A stretch of DNA of 64,000 nucleotides from Actinomycetales bacterium (GCA_027484085.1 JAIXQF010000004.1:710162-774161); one strand, 5' to 3'; positions 18,219-27,394 are shown, counted from the stretch's first letter. The notes: generated from the letters alone by a model not told the origin. Program-made: numbers and translations.

Positions 18219-18241
18219 TTGTCAGTGGGTAGCAGTAACGT
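18219..18241 (+). promoter_or_regulatory. RecA-independent (PafBC-type) DNA-damage promoter motif
   Basis: TTGTCAGTG-ggtagcag-TAACGT matches tTGTCRgtg-N8-TAnnnT at every specified position. It lies 23 nt upstream of the ATG at 18264. Confidence 0.55.
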
Positions 18242-18263
18242 TTGGAACGCATTCGTTTGATTT

Positions 18264-18662
18264 ATGCAACACCAAAAGAGTGCAAGGCATAACTTCGAGT
18301 TCAATTCGCAACTCGCTATGATGCTTATTGGCAACAAAGAGCAAGAACGACTTTTCTTACTAGGAATCTGGAGACTTAGCGTGTTGGAGTTAGTACTTTC
18401 TGACGAGCCAGTATCGCCGCGGGTTGAGCTATTTGATGGCCCCAGAGTTCGTTTGACCATGAGCGCGAGTGAAGACCTAGCCCATGCCATCGAGTTTTGT
18501 CGAAACGATTTATCTCAGGCGGTTGAAACCGCACTAAGCAAGCTGCATGAAGATGAAGCCGCTCCCGCTCGAGTTTTTGTTAGGGATCCCTCGGGCACTC
18601 AGGTGATCACAACTATCGATCCTTGTGCCACATACGGGTCACAAGCGATCGTTCGGTCCTAG
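18264..18662 (+). CDS. Hypothetical protein (alternative GTG start at 18381 with a GGAG SD)
   Basis: 132-aa ORF with no family recognised. The C-terminal 94 aa look protein-like. The 3' end overlaps the XRE gene by 24 bp (convergent). Confidence 0.5.
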   Translation: MQHQKSARHNFEFNSQLAMMLIGNKEQERLFLLGIWRLSVLELVLSDEPVSPRVELFDGPRVRLTMSASEDLAHAIEFCRNDLSQAVETALSKLHEDEAAPARVFVRDPSGTQVITTIDPCATYGSQAIVRS

Positions 18663-18899
18663 GATTTCAAGCGCCTTAAGCATCTCCGCCGGAGAAGCCT
18701 TGAGCACTCGACATAAGTCGGGCAATAGGGCCACACTTGGTCGCGTTTCCAAGGAAAAGTATCGGTACAAATTGCCGCGGTTGATATGAATTTCTTGAGC
18801 TACTTCTTCTAATGAGCTATAGCCAAGTTTTTCCATGCGAGCACGTAACCATTCCATGCCAGTCAGTTTCGATGCGGTTTTTTGTGCTGTCTTTGCCAT
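18639..18899 (-). CDS. XRE-family helix-turn-helix transcriptional regulator
   Basis: 86 aa. HTH_3-like segment LEEVAQEIHINRGNLYRYFS. Confidence 0.75.
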   Translation of the reverse strand: MAKTAQKTASKLTGMEWLRARMEKLGYSSLEEVAQEIHINRGNLYRYFSLETRPSVALLPDLCRVLKASPAEMLKALEILGPNDRL

Positions 18900-19072
18900 T
18901 AGGTTTGGATTCTCATTTCAAAAGCGGGTGTCCTTAATTATTACTCGTGAATATCCTAAGTGCATCCGCATTGGATCTGTTTCATCTCAGGGCACAAAAC
19001 TTGTTTAAGGCGCGATGAAAAGATTTTGCTCGTAGGTTACTGACGAGTAATCGGAGATTTAAGACATTAACC

Positions 19073-20302
19073 CTATTCAGCAGGAGACTCTAGATCGGAT
19101 AGCACGTCAATCATCTGTGATTCGGATAGCGGCTTGTCGGCCTCTTGGAGGCGGGAAGCCGCGTAGAGCCAAATGTAAATAGTAGAAATGATCAATCCTG
19201 CGGAAACGCCAAGTAGCGCCGACTGTGGACTGACATGCTCAACTAGATAACCCCCAAGCGCAGTTCCAACTGCCAGTGTGGAACCTTCCACCGCCCACAA
19301 CCAGGCTTGAGCCGAAGTAGCTGTTCCTTGTGGCCGAACTGCCTCCAGAACTTCCCAGTGAAAAACTTGAGCGAAACCCATTCCTAAACCAACTAGGCCC
19401 AACACAATTGCCATTGACCAGCCCGGTTCGGTAAAGACCAAAGGGATTGCTGCAATTGATGCGCCAAGACTGGCCCACTTGAATCCTTGCAACGGAGTTG
19501 TTAGCGACTTTCGACTACCAATAAGCAGGCCACCGACGATACTTGCGCCAGCAAGAGTTGCTAATAGTGGTGCGGAAAGCCCAGGTTTACCCTGCAGTGT
19601 TGAGAAAGAAGGAATTGAAATCTCCAGTAGCCCCCAGGCCAATCCAAACACCATGCCTTCGACAGCAAGGATTTGAAACTGTTGGTTCCGAAGCAGAGTA
19701 AGCGAGTTTCCTTTTGTGGGTTCTGGTTTCCAATTTCTCGAAGCCGGCATTTGAATAATCGCTAGGCCACCAACCGCCATCAATGCCGCAGTTGCCCACA
19801 GTGCGGCGCTACCGCTAACTGGAATTGCAATTGCCGTAGCGAGGACTGGGCCAGCCACAATCGTCGAACTGGTGATTGTTGTGTCTAGTGCATAGGCAGT
19901 TCTTAAATTGTCGGCGCCAACCAATACTCGCCACAGGGGCCGAGTGGAAAGATTTACTGGTGGCGAAGCTAATCCAATTAAGCCGGACACTACAACAATT
20001 GCGGTTGGAGTAGAGACGCTACTTAGAACTGCTACCAGGATCACCCAAGAGGGCACAAAGATACTGAGCGGCTTAGTTTGACCCCACTTATCAATTAGGT
20101 TTCCGCGAAACCCAGCGGTCAAAGAAGAGGCGATAGTTTCGACACCGGTTGCTAGCCCTGCCAGAGCGATTGATCCAGTTTTATCTTGAACGAAGAAGAA
20201 TGTGGCTAGTGCGATCATTCCGTAGGCCAGTCGCCCCGGCAGCGAACTCACTACAAGGCGCTTGACTCCAGCGATCTTGAATAGATCTAAGTAGGTGCGC
20301 AC
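19073..20302 (-). CDS. MFS transporter
   Basis: 409 aa with about 12 TM and an acidic C-terminal tail. Confidence 0.75.
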   Translation of the reverse strand: MRTYLDLFKIAGVKRLVVSSLPGRLAYGMIALATFFFVQDKTGSIALAGLATGVETIASSLTAGFRGNLIDKWGQTKPLSIFVPSWVILVAVLSSVSTPTAIVVVSGLIGLASPPVNLSTRPLWRVLVGADNLRTAYALDTTITSSTIVAGPVLATAIAIPVSGSAALWATAALMAVGGLAIIQMPASRNWKPEPTKGNSLTLLRNQQFQILAVEGMVFGLAWGLLEISIPSFSTLQGKPGLSAPLLATLAGASIVGGLLIGSRKSLTTPLQGFKWASLGASIAAIPLVFTEPGWSMAIVLGLVGLGMGFAQVFHWEVLEAVRPQGTATSAQAWLWAVEGSTLAVGTALGGYLVEHVSPQSALLGVSAGLIISTIYIWLYAASRLQEADKPLSESQMIDVLSDLESPAE

Positions 20303-20460
20303 ACCCGAATCCTACCGCCGGTAGCAAATAACGCTGATAGCGATAAAAACGCCGAATCGGTGACAAAAGTCTGGTTTATTCCGCGCAGTGTGGGAGAGTT
20401 GAGAGTTGAAAAGTTTCGGTCCAATAGACCCAATGCACTCTAGTTAACCGTAGGAGCACC

Positions 20461-21951
20461 ATGTCAGTCGAAAGTTCATCAAACACCCAAACTGAATTAG
20501 ATCCAAACCGCTGGCGTGCCTTAATGGTGATTGCAATTGCACAGTTAATGGTTGTCTTGGACGCATCGATTGTTAACATCGCACTTCCATCAATTCAAGC
20601 GGATCTTGGAATTACTGATGGAAATCGCCAGTGGGTTGTAACTGGTTACACCTTGGCATTCGGCGGACTCCTTCTACTCGGTGGCAGAATTTCTGACTTT
20701 TGGGGACGTAAGCGCGCATTCATGACCGGACTGCTAGGTTTCGCTGGCGCATCCGCAATCGGTGGATTGGCTCAAAATCAGGAAATGCTCTTTGCGGCCC
20801 GCGCACTTCAGGGAGTTTTTGCAGCGCTGTTAGCACCAGCTGCCCTTTCCTTGATCAGCACAACCTTCAGTGACTCAAAAGAACGCGCAAAAGCGTTTGG
20901 TGTTTATGGTGGTCTGTCTGCAGGTGGCGCGGCAATTGGCTTGATTCTAGGTGGCCTACTTACGCAATATGCATCATGGCACTGGTGTCTTTTAGTCAAT
21001 GTGCCAATTGCAATCGCGGCTTACTTTTTGGCAATCCCGAACGTTAAGGAAAGCAAAGCAAGTGGAGATACGCGTTATGACGTGCCCGGTGCGATTACAT
21101 CTACTTTGGGTCTAGTTTCGTTGGTATACGGAATCACTCAAGCTGGTGAATTGGGTTGGTCAGACCCAACAACCCTTACCTGGTTTGGTGCGGCCGTTGC
21201 CTTGTTAATTGCATTCTTTGTAATCGAGAGTCGTACCAGCCACCCATTGCTGCCAATGAAAATCATTTTGGACCGTAATCGTGGGGCAAGCTACCTGACT
21301 TCATTCATTGTTGGCGCTGGATTATTCGGCATGTTCCTGTTCCTTGCTTACTTCTTCCAAGGTATTTTGCAGTATTCACCAGTTAAGGCTGGCTTACTGT
21401 TCCTACCGTTCTCAGTCGGAGTTGGAATCAGTGCCGGTATCGCGTCACAGGCGCTACCTAAGTTTGGTCCGCGTTATGTGTCATTCGTCGGACTGGTTAT
21501 GGCCACCGCAGGTATGTTGCTGCTAACCCAGCTAGAACCAGCAAGTTCTTACTTGAGCGATATCTTGCCGGCACTTATGGTTTTGAGTTTAGGTATGGGT
21601 CTTGTCTTCGTTCCGATCTCTGCAACCGCTTTGTTCGGTGTTGGTAATCACGATGCTGGTGTGGCTTCCGCAGTTCTTAACACTGCGCAGCAGATTGGTG
21701 GCGCACTAGGCACTGCCTTCCTAAATACCATCGCCGTTACTGCGACTGCGAACTACTTTGTGGACAACATGATTGATCCGGCCAATCCAGCTAATGGTGG
21801 CGCTGTCGCAGTTGGTCTGACAGAAGGCTTCACGACGGCATTCACTTGGAGTGCAGGCTTGATGATCTTGGGTGCTGTTATCTGGGTATTCATGATTAAT
21901 GCAAACAAAGACACCTTGGGCGCCAATGATGCACCCGTGCATGTTGGATAG
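20461..21951 (+). CDS. MFS drug:H+ antiporter, DHA2 (EmrB/QacA, 14-TMS) subfamily
   Basis: 496 aa. N-terminal motifs LDASIVNIALPSI and GGRISDFWGRKR are typical of DHA2. Confidence 0.87.
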   Translation: MSVESSSNTQTELDPNRWRALMVIAIAQLMVVLDASIVNIALPSIQADLGITDGNRQWVVTGYTLAFGGLLLLGGRISDFWGRKRAFMTGLLGFAGASAIGGLAQNQEMLFAARALQGVFAALLAPAALSLISTTFSDSKERAKAFGVYGGLSAGGAAIGLILGGLLTQYASWHWCLLVNVPIAIAAYFLAIPNVKESKASGDTRYDVPGAITSTLGLVSLVYGITQAGELGWSDPTTLTWFGAAVALLIAFFVIESRTSHPLLPMKIILDRNRGASYLTSFIVGAGLFGMFLFLAYFFQGILQYSPVKAGLLFLPFSVGVGISAGIASQALPKFGPRYVSFVGLVMATAGMLLLTQLEPASSYLSDILPALMVLSLGMGLVFVPISATALFGVGNHDAGVASAVLNTAQQIGGALGTAFLNTIAVTATANYFVDNMIDPANPANGGAVAVGLTEGFTTAFTWSAGLMILGAVIWVFMINANKDTLGANDAPVHVG

Positions 21952-21960
21952 CGAGAAGTT

Positions 21961-22401
21961 ATGAGTGAAATCTCAAGAGTTTCTGTCAGTGATCTTGCAG
22001 AACTGCATCCTTTGGTTGAACAATATCGTGCGTTCTACAAACAACCAGAGAATGACAAAACACTCTCATTCTTAGAAGACCGCATTAAGAATGAAGAGGC
22101 CGTAGCCTTCATAGCACGTGTTGCTGGGGAAGCCATTGGATTCACTTTGCTGTATCCAACATTCTCTACGGTTTCACTTTCAAACATTTGGCTACTTAAT
22201 GACTTGTTTGTAACCGAGACCGCACGTGGCAGTGGAGTGGCAAGCGAACTCATGGATACTGCCGAGTCAGCAGCTAAACAGGCCGGTGCAACCCGAGTCT
22301 TTTTGCGTACTGCAAATGACAACCTCCCAGCGCAAGCGCTTTACGAAGGACGCAACTGGGTTAAGGATGAAGTTTTCCGCAGATATGACTTGGTGTTTTA
22401 G
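21961..22401 (+). CDS. GNAT-family N-acetyltransferase
   Basis: 146 aa. Acetyl-CoA motif ARGSGVASELM. Starts 9 nt after the DHA2 gene. Confidence 0.8.
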   Translation: MSEISRVSVSDLAELHPLVEQYRAFYKQPENDKTLSFLEDRIKNEEAVAFIARVAGEAIGFTLLYPTFSTVSLSNIWLLNDLFVTETARGSGVASELMDTAESAAKQAGATRVFLRTANDNLPAQALYEGRNWVKDEVFRRYDLVF

Positions 22402-22452
22402 TTCTTCTAGTTACTTCGCACCTCGCAATCCATCGAAGACTAGAATTGCCAC

Positions 22453-23415
22453 ATGACAAATCTGATGCCTACCCGAAAATTGCGCGACCTTGAAGTGAGT
22501 GCGATCGGACTTGGCTGCATGCCAATGTCTTGGGGATACAACGTTGCAGACGCCGATAAGAATGAAATTAGAGCCACAATTCATCGCGCGCTTGAGCTGG
22601 GCATCACGTTATTTGATACCGCAGATGTTTATGGCCCGTGGACCAATGAACAGATCTTGGGCGAGTACTTAGTTAAAGATGGTCTGCGCGATAAAGCCAT
22701 TATCGCTTCAAAGTGTGGACTTACTCCGGTAAACATGACCTCCTACGGAAAGAACGGAAAGCCTGAGTACGTTCGGCAAGCCTGTGAAGATTCATTACGC
22801 AGACTGGGTACGGATTACCTTGACCTATATCAATTACATCGTGTTGACCCTGAAGTCCCGATTGAAGAGACCTGGGGAGCCCTGGCAGGTTTAGTTGAGT
22901 CTGGAAAAGTGCGCTACATCGGGTTGTCTGAAACTACTGTTGAAGAAACCGCTAAATGTCACGCGATTCATCCAGTAACCAGCGTGCAAAGTGAGTTTTC
23001 GATTTGGACTGATGAGCACGTCAAGAATGGTGTCATCAAGTACTGCGCAGATAACAACATTGGATTCTTGCCGTTCTCTCCGCTTGGGCGAGGTTTCCTA
23101 ACTGGAACTGTTACTGCAGACACCATTGCTGATGGAGATTTTCGAAGCGCCAACCCTAGGTTTACTGCCCAAGCCATTGCTGATAATCAGAAAATTGTTG
23201 ACGGTATCGCTGTGATTGCAAGTCGCCACAATGCAACTCCAGCTCAGATTGCCCTGGCGTGGATTTTGGCGCAGGGTTCAAACATGGTTCCAATTCCAGG
23301 AACCAAGCGTCGCAAGTGGTTGGAAGAGAATGCAGCAGCCGTAAACATTGAGTTAACAGCTCAAGACATAGCAGACATTGCTGAACTACCAAGACCGACT
23401 GAATCTCGCTACTAG
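22453..23415 (+). CDS. Aldo/keto reductase
   Basis: 320 aa. AKR pattern (LFDTADVYG, YLDLYQLHRVD, IPGTKR). Confidence 0.88.
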   Translation: MTNLMPTRKLRDLEVSAIGLGCMPMSWGYNVADADKNEIRATIHRALELGITLFDTADVYGPWTNEQILGEYLVKDGLRDKAIIASKCGLTPVNMTSYGKNGKPEYVRQACEDSLRRLGTDYLDLYQLHRVDPEVPIEETWGALAGLVESGKVRYIGLSETTVEETAKCHAIHPVTSVQSEFSIWTDEHVKNGVIKYCADNNIGFLPFSPLGRGFLTGTVTADTIADGDFRSANPRFTAQAIADNQKIVDGIAVIASRHNATPAQIALAWILAQGSNMVPIPGTKRRKWLEENAAAVNIELTAQDIADIAELPRPTESRY

Positions 23416-23440
23416 AAATTTGGCCGGTGTTCGTTTCAGG

Positions 23441-23821
23441 CTAGAGAAGTGGGTACGAGCCATCCTCGTCATGAACTTCGGTACCTACTAGAGCCGGCGT
23501 GAAGACGCAGATGATTCGCAACTTGGTGTGGGAGCGCATTTGATGGCGGTCATGCTTATCTAGGGTGTAAGTCATTCCTGGGCGAACTTCAAAAATTTCG
23601 CCGGTCTCTAGGTTTTCAAGCTCACCTGTGCCATCGATGATGTAGTTGGCCTCGATGTGATTCTTGTACTGCAAAGTTGTAGTGGTGCCAGCTTCGAGCT
23701 CAGTATCGTGAAATGAAAATCCAACACCATCTTCACGCGTCAACATCCGAAGACTTGTTCCGGTTGATACTTTGCGGTGACGTGGACCGCCTACTAAATC
23801 TTCTTTGTAGGTAACAATCAT
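23441..23821 (-). CDS. ectC: Ectoine synthase-like cupin (orphan EctC-type protein)
   Basis: 126 aa. Aligns along its length with my recollection of EctC (MIV..., YKNHIEANYIIDG, TYTLDKHDRHQMR, VFTPALVGTEVHDEDGSYP). No ectA or ectB is nearby. Confidence 0.82.
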   Translation of the reverse strand: MIVTYKEDLVGGPRHRKVSTGTSLRMLTREDGVGFSFHDTELEAGTTTTLQYKNHIEANYIIDGTGELENLETGEIFEVRPGMTYTLDKHDRHQMRSHTKLRIICVFTPALVGTEVHDEDGSYPLL

Positions 23822-23881
23822 GGTGACTCCATCATTTAAGTTGAGATCGACAATCTAATGACTTAAATTTAGCGCGGTTGA

Positions 23882-25765
23882 TCAAGCTGCTGGGACGAAT
23901 CCCAAAACTTCGCCAAAGAATTTCAATTCTTCGGCCGCGCACGTCGAGATTGTGGAACTCTTTCGGAATCCATGGCTTTCACCTTCGAATTCCAAGTACT
24001 TGTACTTAATGCCGTTCTTAATGCAGGCATCTCGAAAAGCCTGAGATTGCGAAGGTGGAACAATCGGATCGTCCGCACCTTGGAAGATAATGAGCGGGGA
24101 AGTCAGATTGTCAGCATGACTCAATGGAGATCGTTCTAGGTAGAGTTCTTTTTGCTCCGGATACGGCCCAACGAGAGAATCTAAATATCTTGATTCAAAG
24201 TCATGGGTGTCTTGTGCCAACATAGTAAGTTCCGCTACGCCGTAATAATTCGCTCCAGCTGCAAAGACTTTGCTGTGGACCAATCCATTCAGCACCGCGT
24301 ATCCGCCCGCGCTTCCACCGCGAATCAATATTTGATTGGGATCGGCTATGCCATCTGAAACCAACCCTGCAACAACGGCGAGGATATCTTCAGTATCAAC
24401 AACTCCCCACTGTCCCTTTAGCGATTCGCGATACGCCCTGCCGTAGCCAGTTGACCCGCCGTAATCAACATCCACAACAGTGAATCCTCGGGAAGTAAAG
24501 AATGCTCGCTTGATCGAGGCTACGCCTGAAGTATTTGCAGTCGGGCCGCCATGCACCGTGATGATTACGGGAGGCAAGGCGTCACTCTCAAAATTTGGAT
24601 TAGTTGCTGGTGAGATAAAAGCGTGTACTACGCGACCATTTTTACTTGGAAAGGTTTGAGCTTGAGCTTGTGGCAGAAAATCTGGATCGACAGGTGCGAG
24701 AACTTCTTTAACAATCTTTGGAGTCGAGTTGTTAACAGGGGAGAGTTCAATTAATGCCGAGAGAGTCTTCGGGCCTCCTCCAATTACATAAATGTGATCT
24801 TCAGTAACGCTGAAGTGAGAAATCTCAGTTAATTTACAGTCAAGGTCGCGCCAAGATCCAGATTCCGGATCGATGATCGCGATTCGTTCGAATTCCGGGC
24901 TGCCATGAAACCCAACTAGATGGCCACTATCCAAGATTCGCAAGGAGTGAGTTCCTACTAGCCACATGGGATGTGCCCATTCGGCAGATTCGGAAACTAT
25001 TTGATGTGTTGCTTGATCGCTATCAAGCTTCCACACATTCCAGAACCCCGAAGCGTCACTTAGGTAGAAGAGGTTTCCTTCGGGGGACCAGACGGGGCTG
25101 TTGACGGCTTCGGTTGTGTTACCAGCGCATACTTGTTGATTGATTAGGTTTCCGGACTCATCGACACTGGCAACTCGAAGTTCCGTTCCATCCCAAGGCA
25201 TTTGCGGGTGCTCCCAAGTAATCCACGCCAGCTTGTCTTGGTTTGGGGAAAGCGCGAGATGGGCGTAAAAGTGAGAGGTCGAATCCAGTACCCGAATCTC
25301 ATTTGGAGCAGAAATTGCAATCAAGTCTCGGGTCGTTGTGTGGCCAACGGTAACTTCTCGGACGCACCATATTTCAGAATTCCAGATTAGAAAGTCGCTG
25401 TACCGAGCAAGAGTTCCAGGCTGACTTTCTGGCGTTATTGGCTCAGGTTGTCCGTGCACTGGTTTCCAGTAAATTCGCTGATCAGTTTTCTCTGCAAAAA
25501 GTAGGCCAGGTTGATCTTTCCAAACGCAGACTAACCAACTCAGTCCGCCCATTTCGTGAACTCGAGTTGATGCACTCCAGGGTGCAGGCAAGATATCGCC
25601 ATGATTGCGACTAACGACAACATTTCGTCCATTTTCGGTAGGGCGCTTCTCATCCCAAAAAACATCGCCATAGTGCGCTTGCGTGAACCCAAGTGAAACC
25701 CCAGATTCGGAAAGCATCTCAGCGGTTATTGGAGATACCCAAGTTCCAGGTTGTGCTGTGGTCAT
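23882..25765 (-). CDS. S9-family serine peptidase (prolyl oligopeptidase / dipeptidyl aminopeptidase type)
   Basis: 627 aa. N-terminal beta-propeller-like region plus a C-terminal hydrolase with the GGSAGGY nucleophile motif. Confidence 0.85.
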   Translation of the reverse strand: MTTAQPGTWVSPITAEMLSESGVSLGFTQAHYGDVFWDEKRPTENGRNVVVSRNHGDILPAPWSASTRVHEMGGLSWLVCVWKDQPGLLFAEKTDQRIYWKPVHGQPEPITPESQPGTLARYSDFLIWNSEIWCVREVTVGHTTTRDLIAISAPNEIRVLDSTSHFYAHLALSPNQDKLAWITWEHPQMPWDGTELRVASVDESGNLINQQVCAGNTTEAVNSPVWSPEGNLFYLSDASGFWNVWKLDSDQATHQIVSESAEWAHPMWLVGTHSLRILDSGHLVGFHGSPEFERIAIIDPESGSWRDLDCKLTEISHFSVTEDHIYVIGGGPKTLSALIELSPVNNSTPKIVKEVLAPVDPDFLPQAQAQTFPSKNGRVVHAFISPATNPNFESDALPPVIITVHGGPTANTSGVASIKRAFFTSRGFTVVDVDYGGSTGYGRAYRESLKGQWGVVDTEDILAVVAGLVSDGIADPNQILIRGGSAGGYAVLNGLVHSKVFAAGANYYGVAELTMLAQDTHDFESRYLDSLVGPYPEQKELYLERSPLSHADNLTSPLIIFQGADDPIVPPSQSQAFRDACIKNGIKYKYLEFEGESHGFRKSSTISTCAAEELKFFGEVLGFVPAA

Positions 25766-25790
25766 GACCTGACTCTATTCAACTGAAAAA

Positions 25791-25833
25791 TCCAAAGGGC
25801 ACCCGCCATGGAAAATGACAGGTGCCCTTTGGA
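25791..25833 (-). terminator. Rho-independent terminator of glnA
   Basis: 13-bp perfect stem TCCAAAGGGCACC/GGTGCCCTTTGGA with a 17-nt loop. On the minus strand it is followed by TTTTTC. Confidence 0.8.
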
Positions 25834-25841
25834 TTAGAAAA

Positions 25842-27287
25842 TTACATATCGTAATACAACTCGAATTCAGCTGGATGTGGACGCAAGCGAACGTAGTCGA
25901 TCTCAGCTGTTCGTTTGTATTCAATCCAGGTTTCGATTAGATCCTTGGTGAATACTCCGCCTTCGAGCAAGTAGTCATGATCTGCTTCTAGAGCATCAAG
26001 CACCTCAGGAAGTGAAGACGGTACCTGAGGGATGTCTGCAGCTTCCTCCGGTGGCAATTCGTATAGATCTTTGTCTACTGGAGCATGTGGCTCGATCTTG
26101 TTCTTGATGCCATCCAAGCCAGCCATCAACATTGCAGCAAACGCCAAGTATGGGTTGCTAGATGGATCTGGGCAACGGAATTCGATTCGCTTTGCTTTTG
26201 GATTGCTTCCTGTTACCGGAATGCGAAGGCAAGCTGAACGATTTCGCTGTGAGTAAACCAAGTTAACTGGTGCTTCATAGCCTGGAACCAAGCGATGGTA
26301 AGAGTTAACGGTTGGGTTTGTGAAAGCAAGTAGCGAAGGCGCATGCTTCAAAATGCCACCGATGTACCAGCGAGCAAGATCTGAGAGTCCACCGTAGCCA
26401 CGCTCGTCATAAAACAATGGCGATCCATTGGTCCACAACGATTGGTGCACGTGCATGCCGGATCCGTTGTCTCCGAAAAGTGGCTTAGGCATGAAGGTTG
26501 CCGTCTTCCCACCTTCCCAGGCAGTGTTCTTAATTACATACTTAAACAGCATCACTTCGTCGGCTGCCTTCAGCAAAGTATTGAAGCGGTAGTTGATTTC
26601 CATTTGGCCCGCAGTGCCAACTTCGTGATGAGAGCGCTCAACAAGCAGTCCAACTTCTGCCAATCGAACTACCATTTCATCGCGTAGATCGGCCATTTGA
26701 TCCGTTGGCGAAACTGGGAAGTAGCCGCCTTTAATTCGAGTCTTGTAGCCACGGTTTTCGCTGCCGTCAGAGTTGTATTCATTTCCTGAGTTCCAAGCGC
26801 CTTCGATTGAATCTACGTGATACATGGATTCGTTGTTGCTGGTCTTGAAGCGAGCGGAATCAAAAACGAAGAACTCTGCTTCTGGAGCAAAGAAAGCGGT
26901 ATCAGCGATACCAGTTGAAGCTAAGTAAGCCTCGGCCTTAGCGGCAACATTTCGTGGGTCGCGGGCGTATGGTTCATCGGAGAATGGATCGTGCACCGAG
27001 AAGTTCATAACTAGCGTCTTTTCCTTGCGGAACGGATCTACGAACGCCGTAGTCACATCAGCTAGAAGCTTTAGGTCGGATTCATGAATTGACTGGAAGC
27101 CACGAATTGAAGAACCGTCGAACATTTGACCGCCTGCGAAAAAGTCGGCGTCAACTGATTCAACGGGCACATTAAAGTGCTGCATTACGCCCGGCAAATC
27201 GCAAAAGCGAACGTCCAAGAATCGAATGTTGTTGTCCTTGATGTACTTAAGTGCATCTTCGGCGGTTTTGAGTCCAAGATTGGACAT
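25842..27287 (-). CDS. glnA: Glutamine synthetase type I
   Basis: 481 aa. Carries the adenylylation-loop context [10 protein letters not shown]. Strong GGAGGA SD. Confidence 0.95.
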   Translation of the reverse strand: MSNLGLKTAEDALKYIKDNNIRFLDVRFCDLPGVMQHFNVPVESVDADFFAGGQMFDGSSIRGFQSIHESDLKLLADVTTAFVDPFRKEKTLVMNFSVHDPFSDEPYARDPRNVAAKAEAYLASTGIADTAFFAPEAEFFVFDSARFKTSNNESMYHVDSIEGAWNSGNEYNSDGSENRGYKTRIKGGYFPVSPTDQMADLRDEMVVRLAEVGLLVERSHHEVGTAGQMEINYRFNTLLKAADEVMLFKYVIKNTAWEGGKTATFMPKPLFGDNGSGMHVHQSLWTNGSPLFYDERGYGGLSDLARWYIGGILKHAPSLLAFTNPTVNSYHRLVPGYEAPVNLVYSQRNRSACLRIPVTGSNPKAKRIEFRCPDPSSNPYLAFAAMLMAGLDGIKNKIEPHAPVDKDLYELPPEEAADIPQVPSSLPEVLDALEADHDYLLEGGVFTKDLIETWIEYKRTAEIDYVRLRPHPAEFELYYDM

Positions 27288-27356
27288 TGATCCTCCATGT
27301 GGTTTTCCCAGTTCCCAGATACTTTTCTGGCCTGAATGCCACCATAGTGGCGCAGG

Positions 27357-27394
27357 ATTTCAACGCCGTGTCCCATGTGTTTCGTGTTTGTTAC
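27357..27394 (-). promoter_or_regulatory. GlnR-type operator (a1-b1-a2-b2 boxes) upstream of glnA
   Basis: Minus strand reads GTAAC-aaacac-GAAAC-acatgg-GACAC-ggcgtt-GAAAT. Ten nt later comes a TATGGT -10 (27341-27346). Fits gTnAc-n6-GaAAc repeated at 6-nt spacing. Confidence 0.55.

Noticed and set aside
21984-21991. TGTCAGTG matches inside coding regions (21984 in GNAT, 54581 in murT, 62930 antisense in the exonuclease gene)
   Set aside because: None has a TAnnnT hexamer at the N8 spacing and all are intragenic, so they are treated as chance octamer hits.
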